From the NCBI GenBank assembly GCA_964304625.1, contig OZ199840.1:2468787-2532786 (forward strand): DNA of 64,000 nt, in the 5' to 3' direction. The position numbers were made by a program, and so were the translations under genes. The stretch is from Kudoa neothunni (lineage: Eukaryota; Animalia; Cnidaria). Shown here piece by piece: positions 63,721-64,000 of the stretch; within the stretch, counting starts at the first letter, position 1; every line of letters starts with the position of its first letter. Below the pieces are notes generated by a model that made no database searches, was not told where the DNA came from, and was given only the letters and a program-made list of their open reading frames with translations.

Positions 63721-64000
63721 TGTTTACAGGCTCAAATAACATTACTGGAGGATTATCCCGAGGATTTCTTAAAACTTATAATTAAGTTTTGAGAATTGAA
63801 TAACCTTTCCCAACGTTTAGAATTGTAAAAAAATCATCGTGAAAGAATCGGAAGAAAATATTGAAGTTTGTTTAGCGGTTGACTTTTATTAACCGTTTCC
63901 TATACCATTACCCATTTGTTATGCAGTTACATATTCTTGAAATATAACATAGATATGACATAATAGTAGTAATGTAACATCATGTCTTTTCCTTATACAT

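Larger units (their letters stand above)
54760..63911 (-). mobile_element. Host Merlin element split by three later insertions
   Basis: C-terminal half GPWAFGLC...RNMETLLPII...IFCDEW (54937-55227); core VIEIDESLLHGKKKNNRGR (57330-57450) reads in frame across the piggyBac TTAA; putative N-terminal pieces at 61343-61520 and 63026-63090; Merlin-type TIR ATACCATTACC ends at 63911. The outer limits are inferred. Confidence 0.6.

Overview
This is AT-rich eukaryotic (animal) DNA, not prokaryotic. Compact host genes with many tiny introns (about 35-60 nt, weak donors) sit as islands among densely nested DNA transposons. Host genes rebuilt by manual splicing: ADAM10-like sheddase (2338-5603 +), TSPAN13/31-type tetraspanin (5888-6652 -), a divergent possibly Nup88-like gene (9218-15597 +), UQCC1/Cbp3 (24755-25905 -), HP1/CBX (27521-28203 -), intronless MRPL9 (30777-31487 +), DDX27/Drs1 (31676-34171 -) and a probably mitochondrial SHMT (43973-45919 +). 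The transposons are Merlin (IS1595/ISXO2-like), piggyBac, Tc1/IS630-like, hAT (Buster and Ac types), a MULE remnant and several MITEs. Gene style and TE mix suggest a reduced parasitic metazoan such as a myxozoan that still has mitochondrial translation and complex III (inference only). I found no CRISPR, rRNA or credible tRNA gene, and no clearly new multi-gene system. Best leads: substitutions around the SHMT PLP lysine; an ADAM10 with no cysteine switch or furin site and an M/N/Q-rich tail, next to a CCD tetraspanin; a recurrent GCGCATGC-type promoter element; a perfect fold-back of a Tc1 3' end; a palindromic 21-bp array inside a Tc1 TIR; and two nested TE stacks whose history can be reconstructed. 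All family assignments come from recalled motifs, not database searches.
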